A DNA stretch of 60,897 nt from a virus (IMGVR_UViG_3300037756_000054:1-60897); one strand, 5' to 3'. Counted from the first letter of the stretch, positions 1 to 9,823 are shown. A program made the numbers and translations. Notes: generated from the letters alone by a model not told the origin.

Positions 1-491
1 GTCACGGGTTTGTCGTGAAATGTCCGGTATGGGGTGGCCCCCCTACCCCGTAGGTGTCCTGTTTGGTCGCTCGCGCGTGTCGATTGTGTTCAACGGCGTG
101 ATGTGGTGTGGTCGTGCCTAGGGCTGTGGCGTGCTGGTAGTGGATGGGTAGGTGGGGGTGGGGTACCCAGTACGGGGTGGGTCGTGGTTGTCGGTTGCAT
201 CGCTGCGTTGTTCATGATTGATGTTGGTTCACTGCATGAGTAGCTGCTGCATGGTGGGGTTGCCTACCTGCCTGGTGTCCCTGCTGGCGGGCGTGCACTG
301 GGTGACGGTGGGTGTGTGCTGCTGCTCAACGGTTACGGATTCGCGTGTTCACGATTGTGTTGACGTCCAACGGTTCGCATGTGCTGTTAGTGCTGGTGGG
401 CACAGGTGGTGGGGTGTGGCTGTGCCCTTGCCTACCCTCGATGGTGTGCCCCTCGTTGAATGCCCCGGTTCGTTGAACCCCTCTGGTATCC

Positions 492-839
492 CTAGTTGGT
501 GTGTGTCCCCTTACGGCTGTTGCACTGTCGGCACAGTATCGCGAGTGGGGCGTCTTCGTCTCCGCCTTCACTGACTGGGGTGGGGTGGTCGGCGGTCAGG
601 TCTGTGGAGTGGTGGGACTGCCGCTGCCAGCCGGGGCAGATATCGCCGTGCTGATCGCGCCAGGCTTTGACTGCTTGTGCCCTGCGTTCCAGGATCGCGC
701 GAGTGTATGGGCGGCGGCGGCGTTTCCCTCGGGTAGTGGCAGCGATGATGACTCGGGTGCATTCATTGCACCGTCCGTTGCGGTTTGGTGTGAGGATGTG
801 GTTCATGGGGTGGAGTGTCGAGCCGAGGCAGGGCCGCAT
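492..839 (-). CDS. HNH endonuclease (terminase-associated type)
   Basis: CPGW...LTADH...LAILCRQCNSRKG motif; position at the genome end. Confidence 0.85.
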   Translation of the reverse strand: MRPCLGSTLHPMNHILTPNRNGRCNECTRVIIAATTRGKRRRRPYTRAILERRAQAVKAWRDQHGDICPGWQRQSHHSTDLTADHPTPVSEGGDEDAPLAILCRQCNSRKGTHTN

Positions 840-858
840 CATGCGGTGGTCACCTCGC

Positions 859-1158
859 TTAGTTGTCGCCCTCGTTGCTGGTTTTCAGCCAGGCTGTACC
901 GAACTGGCGTGGCAAGTCGCCTGGCACCCGTTGCAGGACCAGGATTTGGGGGAGGGTTGAATCCCCGGCTGACGCGAATTGGACCGGCTGATATGTGTAC
1001 TCCGGGTCGCCGGCCAGCATGATGTTGCCGTTGCTGTCGACCCTGTTGATGTCTGAGTCTAGGAGCACCGTGGCAATACCGATCACATCATCGGCGTGGT
1101 CGACGGTGGTGTGTCCATCGTCGTGGGTGTGCAGGATTGCTGAACCGTATTCGGTCAC
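859..1158 (-). CDS. hypothetical protein
   Basis: AAGGAG SD before GTG; operon context. Confidence 0.65.
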   Translation of the reverse strand: MTEYGSAILHTHDDGHTTVDHADDVIGIATVLLDSDINRVDSNGNIMLAGDPEYTYQPVQFASAGDSTLPQILVLQRVPGDLPRQFGTAWLKTSNEGDN

Positions 1159-1183
1159 GGTCTCTCCTTGCTTCCTCCGCTGG

Positions 1184-1405
1184 TCACATCACGCCGTGGT
1201 TCTTCAGGTCCTTCATCACCGCGGTGATATCGAAGTGCAACTGATCGGCGACTACGTATCGTTCTTCGATGTTGATGCCGACTGGCCTTCTCGGGTCTAC
1301 TCGGTTGGCTGCCTGCCTGAGTAGGCGGGCGATGGTCTTGCGTGTTCTTCCTGGACCTTTAACGATGCCGCCGGTGTGGAGGTTCGCGGTTACGTGCTTG
1401 GGCAT
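1184..1405 (-). CDS. hypothetical protein
   Basis: Compact ORF in the operon. Confidence 0.55.
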   Translation of the reverse strand: MPKHVTANLHTGGIVKGPGRTRKTIARLLRQAANRVDPRRPVGINIEERYVVADQLHFDITAVMKDLKNHGVM

Positions 1406-1429
1406 GCTGGTCTCTTTCGGCCGGAAGTC

Positions 1430-1567
1430 TCAAGCGATGGTGGGTAGCGCGTACGCCAGCAGTGCGCATGCCGCGGCCAGTAGGGCCAGGTTGATCCGGG
1501 ATCCGGTGGGGAGCGCCGCAACCACGAGCAGGATGACGGCAGCGAGGTACAGGATGGTTTGCCACAT
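1430..1567 (-). CDS. 45-aa two-TM membrane peptide (not in ORF track)
   Basis: MWQTILYLAAVILLVVAALPTGSRINLALLAAACALLAYALPTIA; AAGGAAG upstream. Confidence 0.65.
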   Translation of the reverse strand: MWQTILYLAAVILLVVAALPTGSRINLALLAAACALLAYALPTIA

Positions 1568-1579
1568 GGTGTGACTTCC

Positions 1580-1828
1580 TTACGTTGCGGTGCAGGTGGC
1601 GTATGCGCGGCGGTGGGACCGGTTGGTTTTCTGGCGGGTGTCCCGCTCGGCGATCACGAGTTCGCTGAAGTAGTAGAGGCGGACGCCTTTACGGTTGTGG
1701 CCTGCGACGTTGAGTTGCTGGCGGTGCCCATCTTGGTTGGTCCAACCGCGTATATGCCAGTGCCGGATGGCTTTGGGATTGACGTGAAGTTTCTGGCTGG
1801 CTTGGCTGGCGGTGACGAGTTCCTGCAT
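1580..1828 (-). CDS. small HTH (MerR/Xis-like) DNA-binding protein
   Basis: LVTASQASQKLHVNPKAIRHWHIRG helix-turn-helix pattern. Confidence 0.65.
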   Translation of the reverse strand: MQELVTASQASQKLHVNPKAIRHWHIRGWTNQDGHRQQLNVAGHNRKGVRLYYFSELVIAERDTRQKTNRSHRRAYATCTAT

Positions 1829-1850
1829 TTCAACCCCCGAACATGACGAA

Positions 1851-1869
1851 ACCCCACCATAAGTGGGGT
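1851..1869 (-). terminator. hairpin/terminator just downstream of the promoter
   Basis: ACCCCAC-ttatg-GTGGGGT followed by TTCGT on - strand. Confidence 0.5.
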
Positions 1870-1887
1870 CGCGGATTGCCTAGCTTT

Positions 1888-1916
1888 AAACTATAGGGAC
1901 ACACGAGGATTGTCAA
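1888..1916 (-). promoter_or_regulatory. sigma70-type promoter (candidate late promoter)
   Basis: TTGACA-17 nt-TAGTTT on - strand in an intergenic gap. Confidence 0.7.
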
Positions 1917-1937
1917 GTCGTGGAGGGAAGATCACGT

Positions 1938-2282
1938 TCATAACCGCCAGTTGTCCATTTCTTCGCTGATCGGGACCCGCTCAATGATGCTGCTTGCGAT
2001 ACTGCGCCCGAGTTCGTCGAAGGCAGTCATGAATTGGTATGCGGCGGGTGATCCGGTCCAGGGGCATGGCGTGTAGGCCGGGCGTTTCGTGAAGACGCGG
2101 TGCTCTTGGACCATTGGTGTTGTCAGATCCATCGGGTCGAAGGCACCGAATCGCGGCCGGGCGATCCGAGGGAGAACATACCGATCCTGGAAATCGTTGC
2201 GAAGAAACTTGGCCAGCAGGGCGCGGTGTGTCTCGTATGCGGGGTGCCATTCCCCGGGTTGTGGTGGTTTGCTTGGTGTCAT
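1938..2282 (-). CDS. hypothetical protein
   Basis: ATGA overlap with the upstream gene. Confidence 0.6.
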   Translation of the reverse strand: MTPSKPPQPGEWHPAYETHRALLAKFLRNDFQDRYVLPRIARPRFGAFDPMDLTTPMVQEHRVFTKRPAYTPCPWTGSPAAYQFMTAFDELGRSIASSIIERVPISEEMDNWRL

Positions 2283-2539
2283 GGCCGCCGTCTCTCGTCG
2301 TTATTCGGGTGGTCGGGAAAGTAAGTGCCGCAGGATGTGTGGGTGCAGGGATCGTCAGGTGGCAGTAGCTCGTATTCGCTGGTTTTGATGTCATAGTGGC
2401 CGTGCCGGTGGTCGGCGGTCAGGAACCAATGGACGTAGCCGCCGCAGCCAGCGGCGTGAACAATGTCCAAGCCAGTTGTCTGGGCGATACGGCGGGTCGA
2501 TCGTGGTGATAGTTTTCGCCAACCCATTACGGTCTCCAT
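2279..2539 (-). CDS. hypothetical protein
   Basis: Coupled overlap; GAGGA SD. Confidence 0.55.
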   Translation of the reverse strand: METVMGWRKLSPRSTRRIAQTTGLDIVHAAGCGGYVHWFLTADHRHGHYDIKTSEYELLPPDDPCTHTSCGTYFPDHPNNDERRRP

Positions 2540-2955
2540 TCCTCGTCGTAGTCCGGGTGATCAGCGAACGGCAGCGCCAGCAGGTGCAGCGTCTGGCATG
2601 GCCAATCCCCGATCAACTGTTCGTCGAGATCTCGGTACGAACAGAGATCGCATCCTGGTCGCTCGGTTTCTACCTGGAATCGTTTGTGCAGTTTCAGGAT
2701 CGCCCGGTTGGCGGCGATGTCGGCCAGGACGTACGCCGGGTCATGCAGCGCGATGTGGGCCGAATCAGCACGGCGCTGCTGGTCCTCCCATTCCTCCGGC
2801 TCTCCGTCGGCTCTGGTGTATGCGCCGTAGTCGGTGATCTGCCCAGCCTCGGAGGAGACGCACCCGCCATCGTCGTGCCACGGCCCGGGTGATGCGGCCA
2901 GCGCGGTGGTTTCGATCTCTGTGTAACGCGCCTGGATGAACTCCACCAGCGTCAT
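2527..2955 (-). CDS. DUF6221-like actinobacterial phage protein
   Basis: LVEFIQARY...HIALHDPAYVLADIAA...LLALPFADHPDYDEEWRP signature. Confidence 0.75.
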   Translation of the reverse strand: MTLVEFIQARYTEIETTALAASPGPWHDDGGCVSSEAGQITDYGAYTRADGEPEEWEDQQRRADSAHIALHDPAYVLADIAANRAILKLHKRFQVETERPGCDLCSYRDLDEQLIGDWPCQTLHLLALPFADHPDYDEEWRP

Positions 2956-3231
2956 GGCTTGCCTCCCGTCCCTGTGGTGGTGGTCTTTACGGCCGTAACC
3001 TTCCCGGAGACTTCGACGGTGGCAACGTTGACACTGCCGCCACCCTCGGCGGGGCGGCGCAACCAAGCCTTCAAACGTTCGATGATGGTCATTTCCACAG
3101 CAACCACAGCAGGTCCCGGTTGCTGATCAAGATCGCCAAGATGGTGGCCAAGAAGCCGACAGCCACAATGGTTTTCCCCCAGAAGATGACCGAGTAGTGC
3201 CATCGCATCCGTTCCTCGCTGGTCTTCATGG

Positions 3232-3576
3232 TCACGAGTCCTCCTGAACAATCAGCTTGATCTGACCCAGCTTCGCCCGTGCAACGTGCATCTGGCGGAC
3301 AGCCTTGTCTCGTTCAGCTATCGCAGTAGCAAGGTGCTCTTTCGCTGCGTCCCTCTCGATCTTGTCTCTCTCCGGGTCAAGCTTCTTCGGGAGCATCGAG
3401 TCGAGCAGATTCACCAACTGCCAAGCCTGCGCAGCGGTCATGGCGATGCCGTTGTCTTCATCGCCGTCGAACTGGCTGATAGTGGTGCCGCCGTCCATGA
3501 TGTCCACGGAAATGTGGACGGCGGGTTCACCGGTGTCGGCTGGTATGTCTTTCGTGTTCGCGTAGGTGTTGTTCAC
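3232..3576 (-). CDS. hypothetical protein with C-terminal coiled coil
   Basis: AAGGAGG SD; GTGA overlap. Confidence 0.6.
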   Translation of the reverse strand: MNNTYANTKDIPADTGEPAVHISVDIMDGGTTISQFDGDEDNGIAMTAAQAWQLVNLLDSMLPKKLDPERDKIERDAAKEHLATAIAERDKAVRQMHVARAKLGQIKLIVQEDS

Positions 3577-3956
3577 TTCGTGTCCTCCTTGACTTCCAGT
3601 ACCAGGACGCCCGCCTTCAAAGCGCGGGCCACCATGTCGGCTGTGCCCTTCCCTCCGGAGAAGGCAATCAACACATCCAAACCGGAATCGACCATTGCCT
3701 GATTCCTTCGAGGCCCTGCGGCGTTACCGTGAATGTGCCAATGAGCGGGATGTGGTTCGGTTTCCCAGCCCATCTCAATAGCTGTGACGGTAGCCAACCG
3801 ATCAGCGCCGGATGCGTCCCCGTGTACCAGCACGGGGATTTCGGTTCTCCATGGTCGATCGAATAGCCGGAGAGCCTTTTGGACTACCGTAGGTTTGTAG
3901 TACTTCCGGCCGCCGGTTACTCCGATTCGCACTGTTCGCTCCTTCCTGTCGCCCAT
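3573..3956 (-). CDS. SLOG-family protein (DUF2493/YspA-like)
   Basis: VTGGR...[10 protein letters not shown]...AGPRRNQAM...[11 protein letters not shown]; start uncertain. Confidence 0.8.
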   Translation of the reverse strand: MGDRKERTVRIGVTGGRKYYKPTVVQKALRLFDRPWRTEIPVLVHGDASGADRLATVTAIEMGWETEPHPAHWHIHGNAAGPRRNQAMVDSGLDVLIAFSGGKGTADMVARALKAGVLVLEVKEDTK

Positions 3957-4519
3957 GTCTGCCAGTTCGCCCATGCCCGTGATGGTGTCGGCCCGGTCTG
4001 GCTCTGATACCTCGACCCAGCAGCCCCGGCGCCGTACGGTGCCTCAGCTGGAGAAGACAACTGGAAGACACACAACTGCCCGATCTTCATGCCCGGCCAC
4101 AGCGTGATCGGCAGGTTCGCCACATTGCTCAGTTCCAGAGTGACTTGACCGGAGAAGCCCGGGTCGATGAAACCAGCTGTGGAGTGCACGAGAAGCCCGA
4201 GTCTCCCCAGAGAGCTTTTGCCTTCAGCGCGGGCCGCCAACGACGCATCGAGGCTCACGGTCTCCAGGGTAGAGCCGAGCACGAATTCACCGGGGTGCAG
4301 GACGAACGGCTCACCGTCCCTGACTTCGACCAGCCTCGTGAGGTCGGCTTGCTCCGTCGACGGGTCGATGTGGGTGTAGGCGTGGTTGTTGAACACCCGG
4401 AACCAACGGTCCAACCTCACATCGATAGAGGCGGGCTGGATCAGGCTGAAATCGAACGGTTCAATCCACAGCCGGTGAGCGGCATGGGCCTCAGCGATAT
4501 CCCTATCAGACAACAGCAT
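3917..4519 (-). CDS. dcd: dCTP deaminase
   Basis: [37 protein letters not shown] motifs. Confidence 0.95.
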   Translation of the reverse strand: MLLSDRDIAEAHAAHRLWIEPFDFSLIQPASIDVRLDRWFRVFNNHAYTHIDPSTEQADLTRLVEVRDGEPFVLHPGEFVLGSTLETVSLDASLAARAEGKSSLGRLGLLVHSTAGFIDPGFSGQVTLELSNVANLPITLWPGMKIGQLCVFQLSSPAEAPYGAGAAGSRYQSQTGPTPSRAWANWQTWATGRSEQCESE

Positions 4520-4766
4520 CAGATACCTCCGGGTTGAACCATTTCCTGCATTCGACGCACACGACTGCGTTTGGGTCGTGGTAGGTACCGTACGGGCGGG
4601 TTTCAGCGTGTGAGCAATTCTGCTGTTGTTGGTGGACTGCCACCGGGATCACCGCGAACTCAGTTGGCCCGGTGTATTCGTAGCACTCCGACCCAGCTTT
4701 GATTCCGTTGATCTCGTCGCCCTCAATGTCGGTGTACAGGTAGGTCAATCCCGCGGTGTTACTCAT
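4506..4766 (-). CDS. hypothetical protein with CxxC
   Basis: Operon context. Confidence 0.5.
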   Translation of the reverse strand: MSNTAGLTYLYTDIEGDEINGIKAGSECYEYTGPTEFAVIPVAVHQQQQNCSHAETRPYGTYHDPNAVVCVECRKWFNPEVSDAVV

Positions 4767-4768
4767 GG

Positions 4769-5248
4769 TTACCTGCCCAGGGCTTGTATGGCGGCCGCAA
4801 TCAGCCTGTCGCCCTTTGCCCGGGCGTCGTCGGTGAGCTCGTCGATGAACCCTTCCTCGTCGAACGTGATCGGGATCAGGTCAGCGGCGCCGAGCGCCGT
4901 GTACAGGTCGTATTCCCATCCGCTGTTGCCGAAGGGTCGTTTTCCGCTGAAACCTTCGCCTTGACTCCAGACTCCCGCGAGCAGCGCGATCAGGTAGTCC
5001 CGGACCGTGGCTGCTTCGGCGTCGTTGTTGCTGCGCATCGGTAGCCCCAGGATCGTGGGGCCTTGATCGGTGACGGGTGCCCACCGGCTTGTCGTGGTCT
5101 CGGTTTTGATGACCCGCCGGAACGCTTCGGCACCAGGGTGGCGGCGCATGATCTGTTCGGTTTCGTCCAAGTTGTCGACAAGATGGGTTCCGTCGTTCCT
5201 GGTGCGGACCTGGTATTCGGTGGCCATGGTCTCGTTGTGCTCGTTCAT
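4769..5248 (-). CDS. hypothetical protein
   Basis: GAAAGGA SD; W..GEGFSGKRPFGNSGWEYDLY segment. Confidence 0.65.
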   Translation of the reverse strand: MNEHNETMATEYQVRTRNDGTHLVDNLDETEQIMRRHPGAEAFRRVIKTETTTSRWAPVTDQGPTILGLPMRSNNDAEAATVRDYLIALLAGVWSQGEGFSGKRPFGNSGWEYDLYTALGAADLIPITFDEEGFIDELTDDARAKGDRLIAAAIQALGR

Positions 5249-5478
5249 GTTTCGGTCCTTTCCAGGTGTGCCGCCGCAGCAGTCTTGAAATCGTTGTCTT
5301 CTGTGAACACGGCAGCGGTCCCCAACGCGAGAGCGGGATGGACACCTGAGCCCATAGCGATCTTGACGACCGGTTTCAGGTACTCCCACGGGAGACCGGT
5401 CAGGAAGGCCGCCCAGTCTGCGGGGGCTCCCTGGGAGATCAGGTATTCGGTGATCTCGGTTTCGGTTGGTTCACTCAT
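5245..5478 (-). CDS. hypothetical protein
   Basis: ATGA overlaps on both sides. Confidence 0.6.
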   Translation of the reverse strand: MSEPTETEITEYLISQGAPADWAAFLTGLPWEYLKPVVKIAMGSGVHPALALGTAAVFTEDNDFKTAAAAHLERTET

Positions 5479-5777
5479 GCTGCTGTCCTTTCCTCGGGAG
5501 CAGGTTGGGCCGCGATCTCATCGAGCAACGCGGCCAGCTCACCGAGAGGGACACGGATTCCTCCAGCGATGGTCGAATTGTTGGCCAGCTTGAATTCGTC
5601 TCCGTCCCAGTGGATCTCCATGACGTGATAGCCGAGGAGGTCTGTGAGCTGGTCTGTGACAACGGAGGCGCCGCGCCCGTTGTCGAATCGATAGAGGTCC
5701 TGTGGTTCGCCGCCGATGTTGGTGTCGCGGCGAACCGGCGTATGTACTGATTCCATGTCGTGCTCCTTTTCGGTCAT
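5475..5777 (-). CDS. hypothetical protein
   Basis: Coupled overlap. Confidence 0.6.
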   Translation of the reverse strand: MTEKEHDMESVHTPVRRDTNIGGEPQDLYRFDNGRGASVVTDQLTDLLGYHVMEIHWDGDEFKLANNSTIAGGIRVPLGELAALLDEIAAQPAPEERTAA

Positions 5778-6700
5778 GCCCTGCCGCCTCTACTGTTGAT
5801 GTCCACCAAAGGATTCGTTTCCGCCGTTGGCGGTTTCCTTTGAGTGGGGATGCGTTTCCGGAACTCCGTCCCGCACGCTTTGCATTTCCAGATCGGCAAC
5901 GACGGTGTCGATACGTCCAGCAGGTCGTCGTGCCCAGCCTTCCCGCATTCCTTCTGTTGCGGCGTCAAAATAGCGTGCAGCAGGCCAACCCACCGGTAGT
6001 ATTCGCCGACGGTCAACAGTTGCCCGCATCCCCCATGCGACCGGAGGCATTCGATGTACCGATCGCCTGGCACGTCGTACAGGACCTTCAGGTCGCACCG
6101 TGAACACGGGACGGCTTCCTTGTGGTCGGGTTTCACGGTCGCATCGCCGTTGGTGATATACAGCAGGCCAACGATCTGCCGCAGCTCGGCCGTGAAATCA
6201 TCCAGAGCATTCGCGTACTGAAATGCCCAATCGAGGCGGACAGTCAACCAGCCCACGAGACGATCGACTGTCGCTCCGGGATAGTGTTCGCTCTTTTTGC
6301 GGTCGTGGATCCACAGGTCCACCCACGAAGCCAGGACCGCGGCGACCGGCAGATTCCCCATTTGGTCGCTGTTCGGGTCGACGATGGGTTTAATCCCCGT
6401 GGGAACAATCAAATCGAGGACACCCGTACGTACACCCAGAGACTGTTCGCGGCTGCCGGAGACCCTGGCGCTGTCGTTGCTGCTGCCGGGAGTCGCATCC
6501 AGGAGCCTGTACTGGGTCGGGATGTCGGCCAGGTGGGTGCGGATCCTTCCCTGGCATGACGGGCAGGCGATCCAGCCGTGTTCGGTGTGGGCGGGTTCCC
6601 TGGGTTCGCCTGGCCGGCCGTACACCCAGCAGGTGACACATTCACTCATTCTCGCCTCCAGCGTGCGAATCGCGGGTGCCTCTTCGTGCATTGTGCGCAC
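5774..6700 (-). CDS. multi-zinc-finger protein
   Basis: Several CxxC pairs across 308 aa. Confidence 0.7.
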   Translation of the reverse strand: MRTMHEEAPAIRTLEARMSECVTCWVYGRPGEPREPAHTEHGWIACPSCQGRIRTHLADIPTQYRLLDATPGSSNDSARVSGSREQSLGVRTGVLDLIVPTGIKPIVDPNSDQMGNLPVAAVLASWVDLWIHDRKKSEHYPGATVDRLVGWLTVRLDWAFQYANALDDFTAELRQIVGLLYITNGDATVKPDHKEAVPCSRCDLKVLYDVPGDRYIECLRSHGGCGQLLTVGEYYRWVGLLHAILTPQQKECGKAGHDDLLDVSTPSLPIWKCKACGTEFRKRIPTQRKPPTAETNPLVDINSRGGRA

Positions 6701-7056
6701 ACCAATTGGCGTTTCCCGTTCAGGTGGACAGAACCAGCCGCTTCGTGGCCGCCGAAGTCCTCACCGCATTGCGGGCACGGAATCCAGAAATACCCGAGCA
6801 CGGCCGCATAGCACTTGTGGAACCAGCGCCACGGGATGAGCCTGGTGAATCTGTTCCTCGGTTTCTTCTCGGTTTCGGTGACGTATATGGCAGCCGGGGG
6901 TTGCCCTGTCTGTTTGAGGAACGCTTCTTTGAGCCTGTCCACGTCTATGTCTGACTCCGAAATGAGCAGCGGCTCAATGTGCACTCGAGGCTTCAACAGC
7001 CGGTGCAGCTCGTCCAGTTTGGTTTCGATCCGGTCCAACTGTGTGGGTTCACTCAT
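6646..7056 (-). CDS. hypothetical Zn-ribbon protein
   Basis: CPQC...CAQC; GGAG SD. Confidence 0.55.
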   Translation of the reverse strand: MSEPTQLDRIETKLDELHRLLKPRVHIEPLLISESDIDVDRLKEAFLKQTGQPPAAIYVTETEKKPRNRFTRLIPWRWFHKCYAAVLGYFWIPCPQCGEDFGGHEAAGSVHLNGKRQLVCAQCTKRHPRFARWRRE

Positions 7057-7510
7057 CAGTTGATCTCCTATTTCTCCGTGTTGACCAGTAGTAGCGGAAC
7101 CCGTCGGTGACTTCCACCGGCGGATTCTGGGCTAGGTGCCCTTTCCCCTGTTCGAGATCGCGTGGACCGGTGATGCCCGGCCGCTCGCTGGTCCACGCCC
7201 CTATCGATTCACCGTCCGAGAAACACTCAGCGATCAAATACGCGTCCGGGTGCGGTTTGTCGAACGGCGGGTACTCGGGTGGCGGTCCGTAACTGTTGTG
7301 GTCGCCGGTGTGCCCCGGAACGCATCTGCACCATTTGGCCTCGTCACGGTCATGGGGGTCGACGGCCCCGCACTCGCCGGGCCCGGCGTCTCCGTGGAGC
7401 CGGTTGCCTAGCAGCATGTGGGCTATGGCCTGTTCAGCGGTCAGCCCGTACGGCCGTCCGGCTTCGGTGGCGGCGACGGTGAGGAAATCGTTCACGGCTG
7501 GATCTCCCAT
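7049..7510 (-). CDS. hypothetical protein
   Basis: Operon context. Confidence 0.5.
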   Translation of the reverse strand: MGDPAVNDFLTVAATEAGRPYGLTAEQAIAHMLLGNRLHGDAGPGECGAVDPHDRDEAKWCRCVPGHTGDHNSYGPPPEYPPFDKPHPDAYLIAECFSDGESIGAWTSERPGITGPRDLEQGKGHLAQNPPVEVTDGFRYYWSTRRNRRSTDE

Positions 7511-7728
7511 GTCTCGTATGCGGTGTCCCGGTTGTGGCGGGCGAGTTTCCGCCGTGCGACCCGTTCAGCTGCTCGTTTCGCGGATCGTTTGGTGGGCCGC
7601 CAGACGAACCAGCCCCGCTCTTTTTCGAGTCGTATCCAGTCGGGGGCATCAGGGGATCCGTGGCTGATGTTGACCTCGTAGGAGCGGGGGCCGGTCTGTT
7701 TGATTTTCGCGCGCGCGTCGATGCTCAT
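7492..7728 (-). CDS. hypothetical protein
   Basis: TGATG overlap. Confidence 0.5.
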   Translation of the reverse strand: MSIDARAKIKQTGPRSYEVNISHGSPDAPDWIRLEKERGWFVWRPTKRSAKRAAERVARRKLARHNRDTAYETWEIQP

Positions 7729-7997
7729 CAGTTCTCCCTCTCCGCGTGTTCGGTCTGCTGCTTGAACCGTGCGAGCCACCGCGCGTCCCGTTTGTTCCGG
7801 TACCGCTGCCACCTTGGGTAGATGACGTGATCCCACAGCAGTGTCCACGGGCCGAGCACGGCCATCAGCGGCCATAGACTGCCGAGTGCCAACGCCAGGC
7901 AGGTCGCGCCGTTCCCGAAGCGGGCGTCTTCAATAGCGGCTGCGGTAACGAGCAGGACCCATCCGCCCAGCCAGACCCAAAACACAATGTTGCTCAT
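7728..7997 (-). CDS. small membrane protein
   Basis: Two hydrophobic helices. Confidence 0.6.
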   Translation of the reverse strand: MSNIVFWVWLGGWVLLVTAAAIEDARFGNGATCLALALGSLWPLMAVLGPWTLLWDHVIYPRWQRYRNKRDARWLARFKQQTEHAEREN

Positions 7998-8620
7998 CGG
8001 TTTCCCCTCGGTTCGATGCTGCGTGGCGGCCGCCGCCGTTGGGTCGGGCCGGTGTTCCGGTTCCTCCGCGCCTCCAGGGCCTGTTCACGGATCTGCTGCG
8101 GTGTCCGACGAGGCGGGGCACTCGACAACTCGTCTACCCCCAGAACTTCTAGCGGAACTCCCGAAACCCGCGCGATGGACTCGACAACGCGGTTCATCTC
8201 TTCGTCCCATGCGCTGGTATTCATGCGCACTTCCATCGAGACCCGCCCGACTGGGTAGTTCGCAGACAGTACATCCATCCATCGTGTCCATTCGTACCTC
8301 AGCGGGCTGGGGCACGGCTGGCTTGCGTTTCTCCATTCGTTGAGGTGCATCCGCCTGAACCCTTCATCCGAATCGGATCCGTCTTCTGGTGCCCACCTCA
8401 TCGCCGTGGGGACCCCTGACCGGTCCTCACCGAGACTCGACGGGACATGCCCATCGGATTGGTTGCGCAACGTTGAGTATTGGCAGCCCTCCGAACAGAA
8501 CAGGTCACTCAGGCTCGTGGCTGGTACCTGTTCGCCGCAGCCCATGCACCCCGTCACCGCGTCGATCGCTGCGAGCGTGGACGCGACCTTGGCGTCACGC
8601 TTTGTTGCGTAGTCGCTCAT
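7994..8620 (-). CDS. hypothetical protein with N-terminal Zn finger
   Basis: CMGC...FCSEGC; ATGA overlap. Confidence 0.6.
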   Translation of the reverse strand: MSDYATKRDAKVASTLAAIDAVTGCMGCGEQVPATSLSDLFCSEGCQYSTLRNQSDGHVPSSLGEDRSGVPTAMRWAPEDGSDSDEGFRRMHLNEWRNASQPCPSPLRYEWTRWMDVLSANYPVGRVSMEVRMNTSAWDEEMNRVVESIARVSGVPLEVLGVDELSSAPPRRTPQQIREQALEARRNRNTGPTQRRRPPRSIEPRGNR

Positions 8621-8901
8621 GACTCGACCTCTTCCCATTCGGATTCGGGTTGGTCGGCCCTGGCGCGCAACACTTTCCCGTCCCAGTAGGACACCTTCGT
8701 GTCAGCGATGTTGTGGGCTTCTTGCCGGGTCAGCCCGGTTTCGATGACCCGTCGCCCCGGTGAACTGTTGTGCTCGACGGCGTAGACGTACAGCTCCTCC
8801 TCATGCAGCACCACGAGCGCTTTGGCGAGGTCTTGCAGGGTCACTTTCGGGTTGCCGTGAGCAGCGTCCTCGATGACGCCAGCGGCTTCGCGTCTATTCA
8901 C
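8617..8901 (-). CDS. hypothetical protein
   Basis: GGAGG SD before GTG. Confidence 0.55.
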   Translation of the reverse strand: MNRREAAGVIEDAAHGNPKVTLQDLAKALVVLHEEELYVYAVEHNSSPGRRVIETGLTRQEAHNIADTKVSYWDGKVLRARADQPESEWEEVES

Positions 8902-9229
8902 CGGGGACCTCCGTCCATTCTCCGTGCCATGCGGGGCGGGAAATGATCTGCGGTTTCCACTCCGGTTTGACCTCGCGCATCTGGGCGTCGGCAACCTCAA
9001 TGTCGCCGTACGGGCCGTAGGTGAACGTGAGACCGGTTTGGTTGGTGACCCGCACGCCGTACTCGGTTCCCTGTTCACCCAGCAGCGGGAGGGCGGCGGT
9101 TAGGACCTCCAGCGTGATCTTGCGACATTCCTCTGTCACCCACGGTTGTAGCTGGTCAGGGTGGTCGTCGTGCCCGAGTAGGAGTTTTTGCACGGCCGCG
9201 TCGATTGCGGCCTGCGGGATGGTGGTCAT
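8894..9229 (-). CDS. hypothetical protein
   Basis: Operon context. Confidence 0.55.
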   Translation of the reverse strand: MTTIPQAAIDAAVQKLLLGHDDHPDQLQPWVTEECRKITLEVLTAALPLLGEQGTEYGVRVTNQTGLTFTYGPYGDIEVADAQMREVKPEWKPQIISRPAWHGEWTEVPGE

Positions 9230-9389
9230 CACATTGCCTTCCGGTAGTTGCTGCGCTTTTGCCGCCATGTGGCGCGTTGCATCGCGGCCTCCCATGTCGG
9301 ATGTTTGTACGGGATCCTGAATTCCCACCAGTCGCCCGGCGGGAGTGCTTTCCACCAGCCTCCGAGCTTGTAGACCCGCCACTTGCTAC

Positions 9390-9629
9390 TCATCGCCGTA
9401 GGTGTCCTCTCTGGTATTTCAATTCGAGTGAGCGAAGACGGATCTGGTCAATGCGGTCCTGCTCGGACTGGCTGACCATCACGGCCATAACCATGGGCGG
9501 CTTAACATGCGTGTCTGGTTCGGCGGAGCGCCATCCCCCGCATATCGCCTCAGCCAGAGTTGGCTCTATTGCCTGAATGTGGTCGAGTTTTCCGCGCAGC
9601 CCCTGGGCCACCCGTTCGCTATCGGTCAC
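9390..9629 (-). CDS. hypothetical protein
   Basis: AAGGAGG SD. Confidence 0.5.
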   Translation of the reverse strand: MTDSERVAQGLRGKLDHIQAIEPTLAEAICGGWRSAEPDTHVKPPMVMAVMVSQSEQDRIDQIRLRSLELKYQRGHLRR

Positions 9630-9823
9630 GATTCCTCCTTGGGACAGTTGTCGCCCTTCGGCGCGTCGTGCTCTTCACCGCATGCCCAGCAGGGATTGCA
9701 GGTCTCGCAGTCGACGCAACCCGAGCACGGCGGGTCGATCTGGCAGGTGCAGTCGTGGCAGGTGATGCCCCGCCCGAACAGGTGGGTGTTGGTTTCGTCG
9801 GTGATCGTGATCTGTCGGCTCAT
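9626..9823 (-). CDS. Cys-rich small protein
   Basis: CHDCTC...CSGCVDCETCNPCWAC. Confidence 0.55.
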   Translation of the reverse strand: MSRQITITDETNTHLFGRGITCHDCTCQIDPPCSGCVDCETCNPCWACGEEHDAPKGDNCPKEES

